Position numbers and translations under genes: made by a program. This document shows positions 59,467-64,000 of a DNA stretch of 64,000 nt, one piece after another (the first letter of the stretch is position 1; each line of letters starts with the position of its first letter). Origin of the DNA: Patescibacteria group bacterium UBA924 (GTDB taxonomy: Bacteria; Patescibacteriota; Microgenomatia; UBA1400; PJMF01); contig DBDU01000021.1 in NCBI GenBank assembly GCA_002293725.1, positions 3,369 to 67,368 of the forward strand, written 5' to 3'. The notes below the pieces were generated by a model. The model ran no database searches. It was not told where the DNA came from and worked only from the letters and a program-made list of their open reading frames with translations.

Positions 59467-59823
59467 ATGAGCCAACCTTCCATCTTTACGCAAATTATTC
59501 AAGGCCAGATTCCAGCTAAAGTACGGTATCAAGATGATGAGTTCATCGCTTTTGATGATATTAGCCCTAAAGCACCAGTTCACGTCTTACTTGTTCCCAA
59601 AAAAGAGATTACCACTCTCGAAGACGTCGAGTTACTCGATGATCAGTTCCATGCTAAGTTGCTACAAACAGCTCGCAAGGTAGCCAAAGAGCTAGGAATT
59701 GAGCAGAACTACAAATTGATGATGAACGTTGGGCGAGACGTTCAAGCCGTGCATCACATCCATGTCCACATTTTGGGTGGCTGGAAACAAGGTGAAAAAG
59801 CTGGTGAAACGCTCAATCTTTGA
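59467..59823 (+). CDS. HIT-family nucleotide hydrolase.
   Basis: Histidine triad (QAVHHIHVHILGG). 118 aa. Confidence 0.8.
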   Translation: MSQPSIFTQIIQGQIPAKVRYQDDEFIAFDDISPKAPVHVLLVPKKEITTLEDVELLDDQFHAKLLQTARKVAKELGIEQNYKLMMNVGRDVQAVHHIHVHILGGWKQGEKAGETLNL

Positions 59824-59925
59824 CCTCTGGAGTGGATCTTTTCCCACTTGAGGTGATATAATACAGATCTTCTGACGCTATTACACTGATCTATTGATCA
59901 AAAACTTGAGGGGAGGTGTTCTTTT

Positions 59926-60189
59926 TTGCCAATTATTCTCAAAGCACGTAATGACGATCACACTGGTGATCTGATTAAAAAGTTCAAAAAAATCATTGCG
60001 GCAACCAACATCATTCAAGTTGTTAAAGACCGAAAATACTATCAAAAACCTTCTGAAGTTCGCACCGTTCGGATGAACGAGATCCGTCGATCTCACAAAC
60101 GCAAACGCGCAATTAAGAAGATGAAAAATGCTCCTATTCCACGACCACCACGTCGATTCACTAAGACTCGTACGTTCGGCGCTGAATAA
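59926..60189 (+). CDS. rpsU: 30S ribosomal protein S21.
   Basis: MPIILKARNDDHTGDLIKKFKKIIAATNIIQVVKDRKYYQKPSEVR matches S21. TTG start with GGGAGGTG SD about 10 nt upstream. An extended -10 (TGaTATAAT) lies at about 59852-59861. Confidence 0.75.
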   Translation: MPIILKARNDDHTGDLIKKFKKIIAATNIIQVVKDRKYYQKPSEVRTVRMNEIRRSHKRKRAIKKMKNAPIPRPPRRFTKTRTFGAE

Positions 60190-60210
60190 AGCACTGAAAT
60201 TTGAACATGA

Positions 60211-60240
60211 AAACACCGCCGCCAGGCGGTGTTTTTTATT
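60211..60240 (+). terminator. Rho-independent terminator after rpsU.
   Basis: AACACCGCC-gcca-GGCGGTGTT followed by TTTTTATT. Confidence 0.65.
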
Positions 60241-60332
60241 GAAGCAGCACACAGATAACACAGCGCCCTCGGTTTGAAGCGAGGGCGTGGTTGCCTTGGA
60301 GTTGGGGAGTCTCCTTAGCAGATACGGCACTT

Positions 60333-60788
60333 TTACGGATGACCATGTGACTTTTTGCTTTTTTTGCGACGGCGGCTTTTCGACCATTGAAACTTCACGC
60401 CGCGCCACGCGATGAAAACTTGGTAAACTCCCAAAGCGGCAAGCGCCATGGAAGTGACCTGTGGGAAGTCGAAGCGGGTGAGGGTGATGTACCACGTCAT
60501 TCCGACCATCACGGTGACGAACAGCGCAACGATGAATGTCAGCAGGAAGCCTGCGTTCATTCGTTTCCGCAGTCCGTTGATGGCGATGGCGACGAGGAGG
60601 GCGATTCCTACGACCACTGGCAGCGGCGCGGGAAAGACCGCGTACTGTCCACGGGTGTAGGCACCCGACATCACGCCAAAAATGACTTCAAGAGCAGTAG
60701 TCGCCAGCAGCGCAACCAAGAAGGCGCGCCAACCGAGACCTTTGACGAAACTCCAGGCCTTGCGGCCCCAACGACGAAGCTTACGCAT
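60333..60788 (-). CDS. Small hypothetical integral membrane protein with a polybasic C-terminus, in a GC-rich islet.
   Basis: 151 aa with 3-4 TM helices, ending SKSRRRKKSKKSHGHP. Local GC is clearly elevated by eye. The antisense ORF 60387..60806 is charged and low-complexity, so is probably an artefact. Confidence 0.4.
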   Translation of the reverse strand: MRKLRRWGRKAWSFVKGLGWRAFLVALLATTALEVIFGVMSGAYTRGQYAVFPAPLPVVVGIALLVAIAINGLRKRMNAGFLLTFIVALFVTVMVGMTWYITLTRFDFPQVTSMALAALGVYQVFIAWRGVKFQWSKSRRRKKSKKSHGHP

Positions 60789-61031
60789 GTGAATCTCCCA
60801 ATCTGAGATAAAGACGAAGTCCCCAAATGTGTGCCGATGTTAATCTGCGATGCTAGTGGTGGTTTCCGCGATGGAATACCACATCACATCTCATCAAACA
60901 TAGCTTAATTATATCAATAAAAGGGCTAAAAGTCAATGTTATAGGACGTTATTTTAGCCTGGTAGCGGCCATAAAATGAGGTCGTGAGAACAAAGGTAAG
61001 ACTGCGTGAAAATAGACCTGGAAGATAGCAG

Positions 61032-61580
61032 CTATTCGGCTTTTTTAGAGTTACCTTTAACCGATGCTCGGATAGAAAACTCTCGTGTCTCTCCGGTACT
61101 AGTGTCAAAGGTTTTCGCTCCAGTGAACTGGTAGAGGTTGAGCAAGTGAGTATTTAAAGCCTCTTCAATCTCTTTTTTGCGCTCATTGATCTCAGCAATG
61201 TTTGCTTTGAGTTGGTTGACTTCGGGACTGGCTTGAAGCTGTGACTTTCGCTCTTTAACCTTTTGGGTAACTGCTGCAGCCTGATCTTCAGCCACACTTA
61301 ACGTCTCATCGTTATCCATGATGTTCTTCAAACTCTCACGATAAGAGCGCATCTGCTCTTTAAGACGATCAAGTTCTGAGACGTTTCGCTCGATGACGTT
61401 TTGGAGTGACTGCAGTGTCTCAGCGACTTTCTGTTGGGTGGCAGGGTCGGCGGGCAGTGCTTTGGTATCACCAGCTGCCAAAGCTGGTTGGTCATCACCC
61501 GCAGGCAGATCTTTTTGAGAGGACTCTTCTAAAGCCTTCGTTGCTAAGTCGTCACCAGTTAAAACGTTTTGGTCAGTCAT
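61032..61580 (-). CDS. Hypothetical coiled-coil protein.
   Basis: 182-aa acidic protein with an Ala/Pro-rich N-terminus then heptad-like helical segments. No motif recognised. Confidence 0.35.
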   Translation of the reverse strand: MTDQNVLTGDDLATKALEESSQKDLPAGDDQPALAAGDTKALPADPATQQKVAETLQSLQNVIERNVSELDRLKEQMRSYRESLKNIMDNDETLSVAEDQAAAVTQKVKERKSQLQASPEVNQLKANIAEINERKKEIEEALNTHLLNLYQFTGAKTFDTSTGETREFSIRASVKGNSKKAE

Positions 61581-61699
61581 AGGCTTCCTAGCCTAGCGTA
61601 TTTCATTCTAAAACTCAAACGAATCTTTTTTGCAATATGCCACAGATCTGCATGTACCTCTTGAAGATCTTACAAAGATCAAGGATAATCCTTTCCACT

Positions 61700-62779
61700 A
61701 TGCACGACATCGACATGCACTTTTTCAAACCTAGCGTACGAGCCGACGGCAAAGAGCGTCGTACCAAAATTGTAAATACGATTGGTCCTACTTCGGAATC
61801 AGAGGAGATCATTAAAGCTTTAATTGAAGCTGGAATGGACTTTGCTCGCTTCAACACAAAACACAATGAACCTTCTTGGCACTTAGAGCGCATTCAACGC
61901 GTCCGTAAAGTAGCCAGCGACATGGGAAAACAAATTCCTATCTTGCTTGACCTTCAAGGTCCCGAAGTTCGGATCACTGTCTTAAACGGTAGTGAGTTTC
62001 CAGTCAAAAAAGGTGAGGAGATTGTCTTCACTTCACTTAGCCAACATGACAGCCCTAAAGCAGTGTTCGTTCCACCAGAAGTCATTAGTGGACTCCATGC
62101 CGGAGACATTATCTCAATTGCTGATGGCACATGCGTGATGAAAGTCACCAATCGCCAAGAAACTGAGCTTCATGCCGAGGCAATGGAAGACTATGTCATT
62201 AAGACCCGCAAGACGTTGAACACTCCAGGTGTAGTCTTAGATATGCCTTCTTTATTAGACAAAGACATTGCTTTCTTAGAAGCCATGAAAGATCACACTC
62301 CAGAAATTGTCGGTCTTTCATTTGTCCGTGACATGCGAGACATTGCTCAACTGCGACAAGCACTGGCTGCTCGTAATATGAACTCGGCAATCTGTGCCAA
62401 GATTGAGAACAAAAAGGCCATTGAGAACATGGATGAGATTATCCAAGGTAGTGACTTAATCATGGTTGCTCGCGGTGACTTAGGAGTTGAACTGCCATTC
62501 TATGAAGTTCCTCACTGGCAAAAAGTTTTGATCAAAAAATGTAAAGCCGTTGGTAAACCAGTGATTACTGCTACTCAGATGTTGCTCTCAATGACTAACT
62601 CAGTCTTACCAACTCGCGCCGAAGTCAGCGACGTAGCCAACGCAGTTTACGATGGCAGCACTGCGGTGATGACCTCTGAAGAGACTGCACAGGGTAACTA
62701 CCCAGTCAAAACTGTTCAGACACAAGAAATGATCGTCAGTTATCATGAACAGTTTGCATACGGCTCTTCAGCCGAGTAA
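61700..62779 (+). CDS. pyk: Pyruvate kinase, short form (A and B domains, no C-terminal domain).
   Basis: [41 protein letters not shown], later [10 protein letters not shown] and the K+/Mg2+ site residues. Only 360 aa from the internal ATG, versus about 470 typical. Confidence 0.75.
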   Translation: MHDIDMHFFKPSVRADGKERRTKIVNTIGPTSESEEIIKALIEAGMDFARFNTKHNEPSWHLERIQRVRKVASDMGKQIPILLDLQGPEVRITVLNGSEFPVKKGEEIVFTSLSQHDSPKAVFVPPEVISGLHAGDIISIADGTCVMKVTNRQETELHAEAMEDYVIKTRKTLNTPGVVLDMPSLLDKDIAFLEAMKDHTPEIVGLSFVRDMRDIAQLRQALAARNMNSAICAKIENKKAIENMDEIIQGSDLIMVARGDLGVELPFYEVPHWQKVLIKKCKAVGKPVITATQMLLSMTNSVLPTRAEVSDVANAVYDGSTAVMTSEETAQGNYPVKTVQTQEMIVSYHEQFAYGSSAE

Positions 62780-62820
62780 ACTGAGTACGTACAGTTTTTT
62801 TATTTTTTGACGGAGGCCCA

Positions 62821-63180
62821 ATGTCAAAACAAAAATCAGGACTCGGAGCATTCGCTCTGGTTGCAGGACTCGCCGCAGGCGCAGCTGCTATGTTCTTTTC
62901 CGATAAGAAGAATCGTGAGAGTACCAAAAAGGTAATCTCTACTGCTGGGAAAGAGCTCAAAAAAGTTAAAGCTGAGATCAAGCGTAATCCCAAAGCATTT
63001 GCTAAAAAAGTAGAGAAGCAAGGCACGGCTTTGGCAAATAAAGTTGTCAAAGAAGCGAGTAAAGCATCCACCAAGAAAAAAGTCGCTCAAGCTGCTTCTA
63101 AAGCACGAACTGCCGTCAAAACGGTCCGCAAAGTCGCTAAGACAACCGCTAAGCGAACAACTAAAAAAGCTTCCAGATAA
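62821..63180 (+). CDS. Lys/Ala-rich basic protein (histone H1/Hc1-like low-complexity tail) with an N-terminal hydrophobic segment.
   Basis: 119 aa. GLGAFALVAGLAAGAAAMFF, then repeated K/A-rich units (KKVEKQGTALANKVVKEASKASTKKKVAQAASKARTAVKTVRKVAKTTAKRTTKKAS). Confidence 0.45.
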   Translation: MSKQKSGLGAFALVAGLAAGAAAMFFSDKKNRESTKKVISTAGKELKKVKAEIKRNPKAFAKKVEKQGTALANKVVKEASKASTKKKVAQAASKARTAVKTVRKVAKTTAKRTTKKASR

Positions 63181-63233
63181 ATCAGCTTTTGCCGCTATAA
63201 TATGATTGGTACACTTTGTACCAGTGTGTTTGT

Positions 63234-63308
63234 GCGTCCATAGCTCAGCGGATAGAGCGGCTGCCTTCTAAGCAGTAGGTCGCAGGTTCGAGTCCTGCTG
63301 GACGCACC
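63234..63308 (+). tRNA. tRNA-Arg (anticodon TCT).
   Basis: GCGTCCA TA GCTC AGCGGATA GAGC G GCTGC CTTCTAA GCAGT AGGTC GCAGG TTCGAGT CCTGC TGGACGC A CC. Preceded by the hairpin GGTACA-ctt-TGTACC (63209-63223). Confidence 0.8.
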
Positions 63309-63322
63309 TTATTTTTGCCTGT

Positions 63323-64000
63323 TTAGTTAACGTATCCATTCAGCTTCTTTTTAATATTTGGATGACGTAGCTCCCGTAGGGCTGCCTGTTCGAGCTGGCG
63401 AATTCGCTCTCGAGTTAACCCAAACTCCGTTGCCACTTCTTCCAACGTATGAGGCTCTCCACCATGGAGTCCAAATCTAAGTTCAATAATACGACGTTGT
63501 CGAGGAGTTAAAAACTTGAGTGCCATGTCAATGTCAACCTGCAGCAAAGTCTGAAAAGCGAGGTACTCCGGGGAGCCTTCAGTTTTGTCTTCAATGGTAT
63601 CAAGAAGTGAACGCTCGTCATCACCGCCACTGTCGCTATCACTTTCATCCAAACTGTACTCTTGTTGAGCTGCTTGGAGTAACTCAACCAGCTTATCCTT
63701 TGGCATTTCTAACTCAGCAGCAGCAAACTCCAAGTCTGGCTGCTCACCATACTGTTGATAGTAGTCGCGGAAGAAACGATAAATTCTAGTTAAGCGTTCT
63801 TCTTGGTGAAGTGGAATCCGAATAATTCTGACTTTTTGATTCACAGCTCTGGTAATAGCTTGCCTGATCCACCAGGTAGCATAGGTGGAAAAACGATTAC
63901 CTCGTCGCCAGTCATACTTCATCACCCCCCGCATCAGACCCAAGTTGCCTTCCTGAATTAAATCGAGGAAGGGGAGCCCACGGTTGAGGTATCGTTTGGC
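63323..64000 (-). CDS. rpoD: RNA polymerase sigma-70 factor (primary sigma, RpoD-like). Only the C-terminal part is present, because the 5' end of the gene lies beyond the window end.
   Basis: Regions 2.2-2.4 ([38 protein letters not shown]), region 3 and region 4.2 ([29 protein letters not shown]). The reading frame stays open to position 64000. Confidence 0.85.
   Translation of the reverse strand, partial: AKRYLNRGLPFLDLIQEGNLGLMRGVMKYDWRRGNRFSTYATWWIRQAITRAVNQKVRIIRIPLHQEERLTRIYRFFRDYYQQYGEQPDLEFAAAELEMPKDKLVELLQAAQQEYSLDESDSDSGGDDERSLLDTIEDKTEGSPEYLAFQTLLQVDIDMALKFLTPRQRRIIELRFGLHGGEPHTLEEVATEFGLTRERIRQLEQAALRELRHPNIKKKLNGYVN

Noticed and set aside
60387-60806. 139-aa plus-strand ORF antisense to the small membrane protein
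   Set aside because: Highly charged, Asp/Glu/Arg/His-rich low-complexity translation. The minus-strand frame encodes coherent TM helices.

Overview
This 64 kb window reads as a compact, mostly housekeeping chromosomal segment from a small-genome bacterium. By gene content and style it looks like Candidate Phyla Radiation / Saccharibacteria (TM7); that lineage call is my inference, not something I could verify. Background GC looks mid-40s % by eye. Recognisable genes include gatCAB, dnaE, pyrG, rplS, yraN, truB, fpg, the F-type ATP synthase operon atpBEFHAGDC, greA, lysS, serS, secA, prs, proS, rpsU, pyk, a partial rpoD, lemA-htpX, a type IV pilin, five tRNAs (Gly-CCC, Asp-GTC, Glu-TTC, Lys-TTT, Arg-TCT), and an alpha-glucan locus (GT4-like glycosyltransferase, GH57, GH15, BadF-type sugar kinase). 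A 1813-aa secreted repeat protein opens the window. I found no CRISPR array, transposase, integrase or obvious defence operon.

The items most worth a second look are:
- two short GC-rich islets, at about 25.1-25.9 kb and 60.24-60.8 kb, each encoding a small membrane-anchored protein; I suspect foreign origin;
- a GC-richer ECF-like sigma-factor homologue abutting the 3' end of tRNA-Gly;
- an unannotated 52-aa very basic ORF that has its own promoter-like element, Shine-Dalgarno sequence and terminator;
- a standalone, divergent ThiF/E1-like protein with a degenerate glycine motif;
- an ATP synthase delta subunit reduced to its C-terminal domain, plus a large insertion in subunit a;
- a pyruvate kinase that lacks the C-terminal domain;
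- a lysS / lysine-decarboxylase gene pair.

All coordinates come from the ORF track plus my manual reading of the sequence. Every homology call is from motif recognition by eye, not from a database search.
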